Below the pieces are notes generated by a model. That model did no database searches and was not told the origin of the DNA. It saw only the letters and a program-made list of their open reading frames with translations. Both the position numbers and the translations under genes were made by a program. 64,000 nt of DNA from Flectonema sp. DT1601. Lineage: Eukaryota. Location of the stretch: contig OZ025782.1 of NCBI GenBank assembly GCA_964019425.1, positions 1,488,001-1,552,000 of the forward strand, written 5' to 3'. This document shows, in pieces, positions 23,217 to 36,320 of this stretch (its first letter is position 1; every line of letters starts with the position of its first letter).

Positions 23217-24749
23217 TTAGATTCCCTCTTTTAGTCTCTTGACTTCTCCATAACTATCATGTCTGAGTTCCTTAACGTTGTCATCATCAGTGACAGGCGA
23301 GTCTTTCTGTGCGATCAGAGCAACATTACGAGGAGAGTACTCAGAGCTAAATATTTGCACTGCTTTGATACTATGAGCGTCAGGCAAGAATTCGTGAAGG
23401 TACAGTAATCTATCTATAAGAAATAGAGACTCAAGAGGGGGTGAAATACATTCTCGAAGCGTTGCCCAGATTAGTAAATCTCTCTTAAACGGAGCATACG
23501 TTGATTCGTATTCACTTATTTGATCTGATGAAGGAAGCTTTTCAGATACTAGTTGACGTAGTTGGAGTTCTTCAGATTCCTTGTCGCCATCTTTCATAAC
23601 ATGTCCGCCACCATCTAAAGGATGGTCACAGGTCAGGTCATCTTTTCGAATTCGCAATCTCTGTAAAGTCCAAGTAATATATTCCTCGAATGTCATTTTA
23701 CCGACAGTTCGATTACTTTTTATTGCGATCTTCTTATAAACATCTGATCCTTGTAGTAAGTCTTTTATAATCACTTCAAGAACAGCGCGTTTGAATGAAA
23801 CGTTCTTCGTCTTTTCCCAGCTGTCATCATCCATTTCATTCCATCGTTGGCTGCTTTCACACGCTAGTTGAGCAGAAACTTGTGTTAGAATGGTTTCTAT
23901 TTCTAATTTCTTGCAGCATTCCGACATAGGGAATTGCTTTGGCTTTGGCCAACTCATCTTATAGTAACAACACCCTACAACACACAATGACTTGTACTGT
24001 GGTAGCGCTGTGAACATTCCCAGAATCGACGGTGTCAAATCTCCACATGAATGCAGCCCCGTCAGTGTTAAGGCTTTCAAGTTCGATTCCGGAAGACCCG
24101 ATTTTTTTAAAATTTCACAAAGCTCTGAGCCGCATGTTGTCGGAGATAGAAACATTGGAACGTAGCAAGTCGCGATCTCGCTTTTATTTTTCTGTTTTTT
24201 GGTGAGGGCTGCCTCCCTGTTGGTCGCAGCTTTTACGTTTTCTTGCGAAGCCTCAACAGCGGCGACTCTCTTTTTGTACACGTGAGTGACAATGAGTGGA
24301 AGGTAACCCTTTCCACTGCCTATGTCAAGTACAGCACCGGAATTTGGAGTTAAGTTGCTGACTGTGCGGGCAAGTAATTCTACTTCGTGTTTTTTCTTGA
24401 CGCTGAGATCACGTGAGAAATCACCAGTGCACACTTCACTATTAATTTTAAGAGAGGTATTGTTATTCTGATGACGATTCATTCGGTAGGTTGCACACTT
24501 TGAGATGAAAGTCTTTAACGTGTCACAAGATCCAGGAGGAGCCTCTCCAGTGACAATATTTCTCAAACTCGATTCCGTACATTGTCGTAGGGTAGTCAAC
24601 CAATCGGTTGGAAATAAGTTTTCACATTTGCTCGTAAAAAACTCAACAAACCTGTGATCGTGAAGCCACAAATACTCCCTCGTTAACTCAGTAAGCTCCA
24701 GCGCATGCGCTTCCAGCTCAAGTTTGCTGCTGTCTGGAAAGACACTCAT
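23217..24749 (-). CDS. METTL25/RRNAD1-family SAM-dependent methyltransferase
   Basis: KKKHEV, VLDIGSGKGYL, LTGLHSCGDLT, VGCCYYKM, ESLFLIDRLLYL, F….SPRNVALIA. First ATG is 24749. Confidence 0.85.
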   Translation of the reverse strand: MSVFPDSSKLELEAHALELTELTREYLWLHDHRFVEFFTSKCENLFPTDWLTTLRQCTESSLRNIVTGEAPPGSCDTLKTFISKCATYRMNRHQNNNTSLKINSEVCTGDFSRDLSVKKKHEVELLARTVSNLTPNSGAVLDIGSGKGYLPLIVTHVYKKRVAAVEASQENVKAATNREAALTKKQKNKSEIATCYVPMFLSPTTCGSELCEILKKSGLPESNLKALTLTGLHSCGDLTPSILGMFTALPQYKSLCVVGCCYYKMSWPKPKQFPMSECCKKLEIETILTQVSAQLACESSQRWNEMDDDSWEKTKNVSFKRAVLEVIIKDLLQGSDVYKKIAIKSNRTVGKMTFEEYITWTLQRLRIRKDDLTCDHPLDGGGHVMKDGDKESEELQLRQLVSEKLPSSDQISEYESTYAPFKRDLLIWATLRECISPPLESLFLIDRLLYLHEFLPDAHSIKAVQIFSSEYSPRNVALIAQKDSPVTDDDNVKELRHDSYGEVKRLKEGI

Positions 24750-24865
24750 GTTATATGAAGACTGACTGAGGGAATAACTTGTGTGGATTACAACAACAGC
24801 CGCACTTAATCGCTTCACTTTAGACTAGGATAGGAGGTATATCAATTCTAGTTAATCCACGTTCT

Positions 24866-25201
24866 TTATTTTTTATAATCAGCAATAACCGCGCCGGCCC
24901 CTCTAATGTCAAATGTTTTTTTACCACACATCGAACAGCGTCCTTTCCTGTTGGCACATTCTGCGCAATATTTATTTCCGCTCATGAGTTTCTTTTTACA
25001 ACTCTTACACGAAGCTTCTCTATTACTGTTATACGGAGTAAATTTATTAGCAGATATGAGGTTAGAAGGTGATTTTCGTAGAGCTTTGTTGTTCATCCCT
25101 GGCTTTACCCCACCTCCTTGAACTGTGTTGTTGGCTCCATCTTTCCAGTTGTCACGTACAATAACGCCAGACTTGTTCTTGTTACAATCATCACAAGGCA
25201 T
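24866..25201 (-). CDS. CRIPT: CRIPT-family cysteine-rich zinc-binding protein
   Basis: MxCxxC, D.WKDGA.NT..GG, NKAL, F.PY, CxxC, YCxxCA..KG.CxMCGKK. Confidence 0.88.
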   Translation of the reverse strand: MPCDDCNKNKSGVIVRDNWKDGANNTVQGGGVKPGMNNKALRKSPSNLISANKFTPYNSNREASCKSCKKKLMSGNKYCAECANRKGRCSMCGKKTFDIRGAGAVIADYKK

Positions 25202-25628
25202 GTTGATTGTTTTTTTTTCTTATGTTGTAATATCTGTAAGTAAATTATAGATAACAATTATTTTTATTAGATTTCAATACAAACTTTGGAACTTTGGGCA
25301 CAAACACCCAAAACGATGGAAACGTACGATTTCAGGAAAATTAAAAAAAAGGATAACAATAAATCAAAACCACGCTAGCGAAGGACACAGTTGAGCGGAA
25401 GAGGGAGGAAGTACGACAACGAGAAGTAGTCACTCGCAGCACTTTATCAAATCCTAAATTGGATAATTGAAGAAGTGTGAAGTCTTTGTTGTTGCTGTTG
25501 TTGTCGTTGTCGTTGGTGTTTTCTTAAAAAGGAAGAATTAATCGGAAGAACCGTAAACTCGACTCCCCACCAATTGGGAATCGATAAGCAAATGAAACAG
25601 GTGTTGGTAGTCAAAGAGAAGAAAGACT

Positions 25629-26624
<996 letters not shown>

Positions 26625-27262
26625 TTAACTGGTGAGGAAATATATTTAAGGAAAGGCAGCAATGTGAATGGTCACTCCACGCGAATCATCAATGTGCTGC
26701 TTGTAGAGGAAAGGTAATTGTCTGTACCAGGAATATTAAACAGAAAGAAGGTCAGCAATGGGTAATTTAAAGCATGAGAATTGTAACTCTGAGTTTTTGA
26801 AAGCATCCAATTGGAGCGGGGGATTGGTTCAGTGTTGCGCCTCCCCCTGCCTCCGTTTTTTTTTTTTTTTTTTTTCCCCCTTCTCCTATCCAACACCTCA
26901 CCCCGAAACTAGGCCGACAACGTGATGCTGTTTTGCGCGGCAAAGATTGCTCAGCATGAATATCAGCCTTTTTTTTTTTTTTTTTTTCATTCTTTTTTTC
27001 TTTCCAAAAAACTGCCTAACAAATAAGGTTGGCATTCTTTTTTCTTCGCTGGGCCGACGATGTCAACTACTAAAAATCAAAAAATTAAAAAAAAATAAAA
27101 AACTGTTAAGCTATGAGGTGAAAGGAAATGCGACTTCACAACTGACTTCAATTGCATTTATGAAAAAATGCAAGGCAATGAATAACTTCATTGGTTTATA
27201 AGCCTTGTACATAAAACACCTTCAGGTGGAGTAGTTAATCAACCATCACTGCTTACTAGCGG

Positions 27263-27415
27263 TTAACGACCTTGGTGCCTACTCGACATTCTCCTCATCG
27301 GCAACAGCATCCACATCGCCTGCCGAGCTACGTACTTAAGATACGAATCATAAACTACACAAAGACATACAATTATTGTTAGTAGACTTAGGGCTGATTC
27401 CATCAAGTATTCCAT
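27263..27415 (-). CDS. Candidate 50-aa membrane microprotein
   Basis: Manual translation MEYLMESALSLLTIIVCLCVVYDSYLKYVARQAMWMLLPMRRMSSRHQGR*, just downstream of …TTTAACCAG; below the ORF-track cutoff. Confidence 0.3.
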   Translation of the reverse strand: MEYLMESALSLLTIIVCLCVVYDSYLKYVARQAMWMLLPMRRMSSRHQGR

Positions 27416-29384
27416 TTTTTGAACATCATACGCCTGGTTAAATTGTTAAGATCGTTTAATAAGAAAACAGAGAACACTTTTATTAGGAATAACGCAATCA
27501 AACCAAAACTTCTTTTTTTGTTGTTGTTGTTATTCACGTACACGACTGTCGTCCACTGAGGAACGACATTCAAAATTTAAAAAAAAAAAATATATATTTT
27601 TTTCTATTTCCACAGAAACAAGATGGGAGACTTGACGCGCATAGTATTAAAATAAAAATAAAAAAAATCGATACTTCGACATCACATTTCACTGGATTGC
27701 CAAACGATATTAAATTTTAAAAGAAAAAACAACCGCCTTACTGACCACCCACAACACACAGTCTTCTGCGGAAATTCCTGACAACACTTCGATTTCCATG
27801 AAGCAAACCCAGCGACGGTGTCGTTAAAACAGAAAACACAGAAATATAAAAGTACGTCACAATTACAGAAGACGTAATTTTGTGTATAAGGCAAAATTGA
27901 GATAAGCTTTTTTTTTTTTTTTTTTTTTTCCCCTAAGTTTTTAAAAAAAAAAAAAAAAAAATTCGTATCTATTAGCCAGTATGAAGAGAATACAACAAAA
28001 AAAAAAAAAAAAAAATATCTGATACCTTCAATCTAGCATTTCTTTTCAGTTTTTCTCTTACGAGTAGTAGAGACAGTGCCTAGATGATTGATAAGCACAG
28101 TACGCAATATAACAAAACACTACATGACTAGTAGCATTGGCATGTAAAGTTCTGAATAAGTCTCAGTAGTCGCAAAAAAACATGAACAACAACAAAAAAA
28201 AACAAAATATATATCAAACGAAAAAAAAAGCAAACCAGCTAAGGAATCCCTAAATAGTAAGAGCATTTTCATCCCACAATGGATGTTATTACAATACTAA
28301 TATTACCAGTATTATTGGAAGAGTTGTATCCAGAGCTATCAGACATCAGACCACGACTGCGGTTTCCACAGCAGAAGTCATTTTTTTTTATTTTTTTTTT
28401 TTGATAAATTCGTAACCAGAGAGTTATGCACATATATCAAAGATCGCACAAAGTTAATTAGAATTTGTGATAAAGCTTGAAAGGGTAGCAATGGGGAAAG
28501 AGAAAAATAGGGCTGGGGCGGAAAAAAGAAAAAAAACATTTCTAAAACTCCAGATACCATTATCCGAAAGACCAGATCATGGCTCCCAACATATAAATCA
28601 CCGAGAGAGAAGACCCACCCACCTCCACCTGTCGAAGATCATTTTCTTTATCGCACATAAAAATAAGCGGAATAGCGAAATAGTTAGTTAGAATTTGAGT
28701 TTTATTGTTAGATAGTTAGCGAAATACAGAACTAAATGAGACTGGTCTGGGTAGCCCGCATCAGTAAGGACCCAATCGCAAAGATTGTAATTTTATAGCT
28801 TCGACTGGAAGTGATCGACTCCCAGCTTCCACATTGCCAAGAGGCTAACAAGTTGAAAAACAACTAAAAGAAAAATAAAATTGAACGAAAAAAGAAGGAA
28901 GGAAGGAAGGAAAAGAAATTCCATTCAGATGAAGCCTTTATTATATTTTCGTTGATCACAGACAGTAAATACTGAACGCACAAGGTTGACCATGACATCA
29001 ATAACAGCTTTTAATCTGAACAGCCTTTTTCTCTAACTTCGTCGGTGTAAAAGAAAAAAAAATAATAATAAATTAGTCAAAAACTCTTTAATGCTTTCAT
29101 TAGTAGACGTCCACACGAAAAAACGGCCTTCTATTTATACATAAGGTATAAAGATATAGTCAAAGCACTCACTTTATTCAAAAGAGTTTCTCGCTGGTGG
29201 GGAAGGTGAAATAAAAATTACTTTGATAAGTAATTTTTGAGAACGAAAAAAAAAAGAGTATAAAATAAAAATATCTATAAAAAAAAATTAAATAAAAATA
29301 AAAATAAATATTCTATCCCATACCGCAGTAAATTGAGCATCCCTCTCAGCGGAGACGCCTTCAACAGAAAAACGGTAGTTGGGT

Positions 29385-32300
29385 TTATTTTTTATTTCCT
29401 TCGTGCGGTTTTATCCCCATAGACATAAGTCGATTTCTATTTAAATCTGAGAAAAGTGCATCATGGAGTCTCGACTCCAACTTCCCAGTCACTCCAATGC
29501 GTTTTAAATGAATAACATTTGTATTACTCATTGAAAGAGGATTTACAGCATTTTTTGATTGAAAAATCTTTTGTTTATTCTTGGTAAATTGTAAAACTGA
29601 TGATAAATTTTGACTACTGTGAGCTGTTCTCATCCACGACTTAACGTCAACAATAACATGTCTCAAACTACTAACTTGATCTTTAATAATATCGATAAGC
29701 AATTTCAACCTTGTATCCTTAGGTACAACACCCTGAATAAATTGAGTCACATCAAGCCAATCAACGAACAAAGTCAAACTTTTTTTTAATGTTCGAAGGA
29801 CATCCTTAGAAGAATACACATCAGGCATTCTTGATTTCAAAAATGCATGCAGCAACACAGCTGTTGGATGAGGTCCGTCGGCACATTCGAACGACGACTC
29901 TATATCTCTGATGGAGGTAGTGACGTCTAGTTCTGTGTTATTTTCAAACGACTTTACAACATCGGAACTAACTTTCGCAATGTACTGAATACTTGACAGT
30001 ATCGAGGTACCATTTTTCAAGTCTACTTCTAGGTCAGATTTGAACACATTGAAATCTTTTTGTTGTTCTTGTAAAAAATCTGCAATCGTCAAGTTCGATC
30101 CCCGGTCAGTTCCAAATCCTGGATTGAACGCAAACTCAAATCTTTTTTGAAAAGCTCCAATAAACAACATCCATCGTTCTCTCATTGAATGAATTTCTTG
30201 ATTCTTATCTTTTATTCTATTCTCGCCCGAATCATTCTTTTCTAGTAAGTCGTGTGTACTCAAAAACGAATCTTTAACTTCACAAAAAGACTTAAACAGC
30301 TTTGCAGCCAACTGTGCTGCGGGAATTAGAATTTGAAGTTTATGTTTGGCTCTGAGAGAATGAATGTAGTTTCGTTTTGTCTTTAATTGGTCTTGAGTTT
30401 TTCCAACTTCAGATTGACTGGGTTTGATGATCATTAGAAAGGTTCCTTTCTTACCTTGACGTGCTGTTCTTCCAGCTGCTTGTTGTTCTACTCTGGTGTT
30501 GATCGGGAGGAATGTACAGATGACGTGCATGCCTCCATTTTTTTCACTTGTTGAAAGTGTGGTAATATCCATTCCTCGACCTGCTAAGTTTGTTGATGAG
30601 GTTATGGTTCCTGGTCGACCAGCATCTTGAAGAATCTTATCTTCATCTTTTGACTGAATACCAGTATACAACTGACATGTATCACCAAGTGAAGAGTGAA
30701 TAAGTTCTGCGTCTCGAATGCTGTCTGAGATAACCAAAACAGGTCGTTGATTTTGTTGAGATTCCCTTCTTGCACTGGATAACACTGCGGATAACCATTC
30801 TTCTTCACTAGTACTGGCTAGTACAATTGTTGAATCAGTTCTCTTTGAAACTGATGATGGTGGAATGTAAAAGAAATTAAGACTGTAACAGACGTCAAAC
30901 TCTCTTCTGTCATCTACCTCACCTATTGTTCCTGTGAGACCAATTTTACGATTGTACAGTTGAAAGAATGCGAGAACACTGCTGAAACCTCCAGTCATAT
31001 TCTCATCTGTTACTTCAACTCCCTCTCTCACTTGAATAAATTGATGAATTCCGTTTGGTAAAACCATCGATGCTTGGATAGCTCCGGTATTCTTATTGTC
31101 AACTTTTATAACTTTTCCTTCTTTAACAAAATATTCATGTTTGTTGACTAACTCTTTACTCTTTATAGCACTTCGAACCCAGGTATCGATGTTGGTATTT
31201 ATAATATTACGAAGACCCTTGTGCTTCACGCTATGTACTGTCGGATGGTTTAAGATGTCTTGTGCTAAAGCAGCGGGATCGACAGTACCCCATTCTTGCA
31301 TTTTATTGCTAATGAGAAAATAGATCCAGTGAAGCTGTTCCATTCCTGGAATGAAAGCAGAGAGTCTCGCTGATTGACCTGTTTATATTTGTTTTTTTTT
31401 GTGTTTTTTGTTTTTGATCAGTAGATTACTTTTTATACTACCACCCTCAACAACATACCAGAATTATCAATAAGCATATTATCAACCTCGTCAATGATAA
31501 CAGTTTGGTAGGGACGACTATCTCTGTGAGTTCGATTCATGTAGACGTCTCTTATAAATGTAAATTGAAATTGAGAAACAGTTCCATAAATAACATCCGA
31601 TGTGTACGATGCTTTATTATTTTGTCTGCAATTATGATCGACCGTCACATTAAACAAAGAGAAGAATCTTGACATCTTTGACGCATCACGTTTTGCTAAT
31701 ATTTCTGAACTCGTCATCACATCAACTTTCTGATTATTGTGAAGAACCTCATAAGCTGCTGCCATTGCTATGACTATGGTTTTTCCTTCACCTGTTTTCA
31801 TGTCACCAATGTTCGATTTGCTCTCTGAAGCAACGTCTGTTAAAGATAACAATGCCAAGATTTGATAGTTATTTGGACGAAAGTGAAATGCCATAAAAAC
31901 TGCTTCTTTTATCAAATAAATTAAGAAAATCCTTCTCATGGTCTTGTGTCTTGGAGGGTATTTAAATGACAACACTTCAGATAATTTTTTTTGAAATTCT
32001 GAAACAGTTCCAACCTCATCTGGATAAGGCATCTGAGGAAGTGAGTCTTCACTATCTGGGAGAAGTGTAGAAGACAGATCAAGTGGATCTGTCTTGTCAT
32101 TAGCTTTAGCCTTAAATTCTTTATTTAACTTTGCGACGAACTTTGCTCCATTAACACGTTGTACTTCTCGATAATGATTAGCAACCGAAGCGCATAATTG
32201 TTTATTGGAATCGTTTTGGTTTCTTCTACGAAATTGTTTTAATACTTCGTCACTGTACTCCCACCTCTCTCGTGTGTCTTCTTGACATAAAAATAGAATT

Positions 32301-35300
32301 TCTGAAACCCATCTTTTTGTCGGTTGCATTGATAAGTTTCCAACAATACTGTCAATCTTTTCATTCTGTTTTGTAGTGTGTGCTAATATTGATTTTAGCA
32401 ACCTAAGACAGACCTTAACGGGTAACTTTTCTCTCAGAGCTCTCGCTCCTACTTTTGATAAAAGTTTATTTTTACAATTCCTTCTCAAAATCGAATCGAC
32501 TTCGTCATCTGCAGGTGGAGTTCCTTCCAAAAGTGGATTTAAATTTGGAAAATAATCAGCCGGAAAACCTTTTTCCGGTGCTGGAACTTTGAGACAAAGA
32601 ACAAAAACTATTCCATCAACGATACATCTCACATTATCTTCATATCCGAGTGAAATTTGATTAATACTCGGGTATGGAACCCATTCTGTACCCTTAGCTG
32701 GATCTGATACTCTAGGTATTTCGTAAGGCAGTTCTGTTATTCGTAAGGCAGCAGCGAATGATGTCTTCGAAGGGATGAAACCTTCACCAATACCATGTTT
32801 AAGTAGCCTCCAACAGCCGTTTTCATCAACCGATCTCAGAATAGTTACCTCAGCCGGTATGTACTCTACTCCTGGAAAACAAACCCATGAACTGTCTTCT
32901 TCTAACAGTGCCGGGTCGTGATGCGGCAGATGAGACGTCGATAACACGTTCAGCATATCAGCAAAAGTTTTACCTCTTCCCTCATAAAATGTTCTGTTTA
33001 GATCTGTTGGAGCGTTTTCAAGTGAATACGTCACCCAATTTATTAGTCCTCGTTTAAAGATGTGACCCTTTAGTCGTGGGAATGTCGTATAACCGAGTGG
33101 GATCTGCTCATCTAATTCGAATGGGATCCAAACGCTTGAAAATGGTATTCGATGAACGTTTAAAGGAGCTGAAGTTACTCTTGATACGTTAGCAGGTTGA
33201 ATGCAATTCTTTTTAACTTTATCACGTCTCATACACGGAATTGGAATCTCATGTGGGAAACATTCATCAGTCGGGACTGCAGCCCAATAAGTTCTGCTCA
33301 TCAGACAAAAGTGAAAATTTGTGCAATTTTCAGGAACACTTCGGCGGGAACTTCCAGTGCAGACCCAAACTAGATTAGACTCACAGCAATCTATTTGAGG
33401 TAAGCCACCTGGTTTATAATTGAAATCAATCGGGTCAGTTTCTACAACTCCCTCAGCACATCTTGCGTCTTCCAAAGGGAGAATCTTACTTCTGCTGACC
33501 ATCGCAAACGCTTCTTTGAAAGTATTTTTATATATTCTCATTTTTTCAGGAAGTTTTTCATCAGTTCCAAAGCTGAGCCAAGTCATGTCTGAGTGAGGCA
33601 ATTTTGGTAATCCAGCTGTACTGCATTCTATTTGTTTACTACTCTTTAGAATAGAACTGTAAGGATCGTTGTTTTCTTTTAGTGATTGTTGATTCTCTTG
33701 ACTAGCTGGAAGCCACAATTCTGTCGAAGGCGCATCACATCGTTCTGCCAGACACCAATAGCGATCAGAATCTCCCTTGTAAACTCTAGACGGAAGTTCG
33801 TCAAAAGGAAGAACTCTTTCTTTCTTACCGAAGTATACATACACTGCATCAGGATCAGTCGCAACTGGTAGAGATTTACAGAGACTAGAAACACCATCTA
33901 TTTCAGCAAACGGTTTTGTTTCTGCTGGATATTTACGGCCACCAAGTAAATCTTTTGCTTGAGCATCAGTTATTAGAAGCCAGTAGATCGGAACAGAATG
34001 ATCATATCTAATTTCAAAGGTACCAGAATCTGGAAGATGTTGTTTTACTAAGTAGGGATACCAATAAAGACGATGAGCTGATGCTTTCGGTAGATTTAAC
34101 GGTAACTGAGGAATGTGTTTTTCAGATTTCCAAACAGCGACAGGATTCTCAGAAGTGGCAGAGCTGGAAAAACCACTCGCAGTAGACATTGTGAGGGGAC
34201 TCAGTACCGTTGTTGACATTTGAAATTCTGACGAATCCGATGAATCGTCCAAAGAGGTTTTTTTATTACTTGAAAAGTAGATTTCACCCTCAGGAACAGT
34301 TCTCACATGATACGACTTCCATAGTAGTCCTGTATCCTTATCTCTGATCATTCCTTTACTTATTGTTTCATCTCTGTGACAGGGAATTCCTACAACATCT
34401 TTTTTAAACGGAACCCACACCATATTCTCCATCCCTTGTTGTTTAGATGCCCTCAAAACTTGTTTTGGCATTGATGTCACTTTTAGTAACTGTGCCGATG
34501 GGATTTCTCTCCCAGGATACCATATTTCCATGTCGCAGGCATTTGCTTTAGTTGTTTGCAACCAAATACCGTAACTGGTCTTAGCAAGGTTTGAAAGATT
34601 CGTGTTCAGAGGGAGGTTATCTCTAGAGCTGTAGTATATCCAACCGTTTTTTAGTGTTTTCACCATCGGAAGTGAAAGCAATTCCTGCTTGAGTACTTCC
34701 TCAGTTATATTTTTAAAACTTTTACAAAAAGGTTTAGTCTGGACTCTAAAGTTCTGAACATGAAGTAAAGCTTCTTTTTTATATTTTCGATCAATCGTTT
34801 CCGTCGCAACCCAATACATGTTTTTTCTTATTGTGAAACAAGCACCAGGAGGAATAGCGGCGTATGACTCTGCTGGGCACCAACACGCATATGATTTTGG
34901 TATATTCCCTGGTGGTTTTCTATCTATAAGAGGTGATGCTGCTTTGTATAATCTCAAACGCTCATCAACATCGACTAACCAGTATTCATTAATTCCTTTT
35001 GTTTCAACATGTTGAATGTCGAGCGTCAGTGTTGGAGGTGTTTGTTGTTTTATTGGTGAGTTTGGTTTAATTAAATGTTGATCAGGCACACTATCTAAAG
35101 CAATCCAGTATTCACCATGTCTTATAGTGTATGAAGTACCAGGAGGTATTAATCCATATCGAGGTACTGTTATCCAGTCTGCATAGTCTATTGGAAGATT
35201 GGCAGGTAGTTGAGATGATTTGTTGGACGGATCGAGTAGTTGATTTTCCCATCCTTCATCATGATCTTTTTGTAAAGCTTCATGCCACTGTAACTCTGGA

Positions 35301-35494
35301 TCATCTAAGAGCTCATCAGAGAGAATTGATGTTGGCGTTGAGGTCTCATCGTCATCTTCGCTTATTGTAATCTTTCTTCCCATTGGTGATCCCTCTTCAC
35401 TCGTCATTCCTGTTGAGGATCCTATCCCTCCATCAACCATTTCATGGATTTTTACTTCCAAATTATTCCTGTTTTCAGTTCGGCAACCCCCCAT
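29385..35494 (-). CDS. Giant SecA-ATPase-domain protein (~2,009 aa); exons 35494-31459, 31378-29385
   Basis: SecA motifs in order: DMKTGEGKT, VDVMTSSEILAKRDA, Y.SDVIYGT, IIDEVDNMLID, GIHQFIQ.REG, GLTGT, RPVLVI, AGRPG.IT.STNLAGRGMDI, GGMHVI, RVEQQAAGRTARQGKKG. An 80-nt intron joins the two ORFs (…DNSG/QSARLSAFIPGMEQL…). Confidence 0.88.
31379..31458 (-). other. Spliceosomal intron, 80 nt (SecA-like gene)
   Basis: GTATGT…CTACTGAT…AAAAAAAAACAAATATAAACAG, phase 1, frame-restoring. Confidence 0.88.
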
Positions 35495-36247
35495 CGTTGA
35501 GTGCCTTTGCTTAGGGGAGATAAATTAATTAATACCGGGTTGTGATGTTTTTTTTTTTCTTTTTTGAAAAGTGTCTTTTTTGAAAGTCAGTGAAGTCAAA
35601 ACCACTGTTACATTATAATAATTTCTTTACCTGATTAACTAAATAAGAAGTAATACATTTCACGCGATTTAATTAAAGAAGTCCACGGGGAGGTGAGAGC
35701 ACCCGCGTTACGTGCTCCAAAAAAAAGAAAGGAGCACTTCATTTCTTATGTTTTATTTATTTTTTTTTCATTTTGGGCTTTTTCTCGTTCCACAGAGGGA
35801 ATGCGAACAATTTTTTTTTTCCTCCCCCTTTTTTTTTCAAAAAAAAAAAAAAAAGGAAGGGGAGGTAAATTGATACTATATTATCAGCTCAAAGGAACAA
35901 CAATCTCTCCGACAATCTTGACTGTCAGCGGCAGCGTAGTAAATGACTGCAAATAAGTAAATAATGCCACCGGAGGCTCCATTTACCTATGCTACTAGAA
36001 AGGGGAAAAACAGCTTCGTTGTCTGTAGGCGAAGTTAATTCCCAGCCGAGTACAGTTCTTGGTGCAAAGAAGCTCGTTGAGAAGGAAAAAGAAGGGCGTA
36101 GTCACCTCCGATTTCATTTTCATTTATTCGAGTATAGCTGGTGGAATGCAGTGCTCGCATGCTGCTCTACTCGTATCCAGCTGGGGTTTTCAATTACTCT
36201 AAAAAGCAGCAGCAAAATAGTAACCGAGCGAACCACAGGTGAGCAGC

Positions 36248-36320
36248 GTTTGCTTGTGCACGAAACTGTGAACCGACTTAAACTGAGAAAGCTAAAGGAG
36301 GTTACTTGTGCTACCCAACA
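36248..36320 (+). repeat. Diverged core-only copy of the SINE-like element
   Basis: TTGTGCACGAAACTGTGAACCGACTTAAACTGAGAAAGCTAAAGGAGGTT…CCAACA; two mismatches in the core versus the 38.4-kb copy. Confidence 0.8.

Noticed and set aside
36293..36302. TAAAGGAGGT, a perfect Shine-Dalgarno-like word
   Set aside because: Eukaryotic context, part of the repeat core, and no credible downstream gene.
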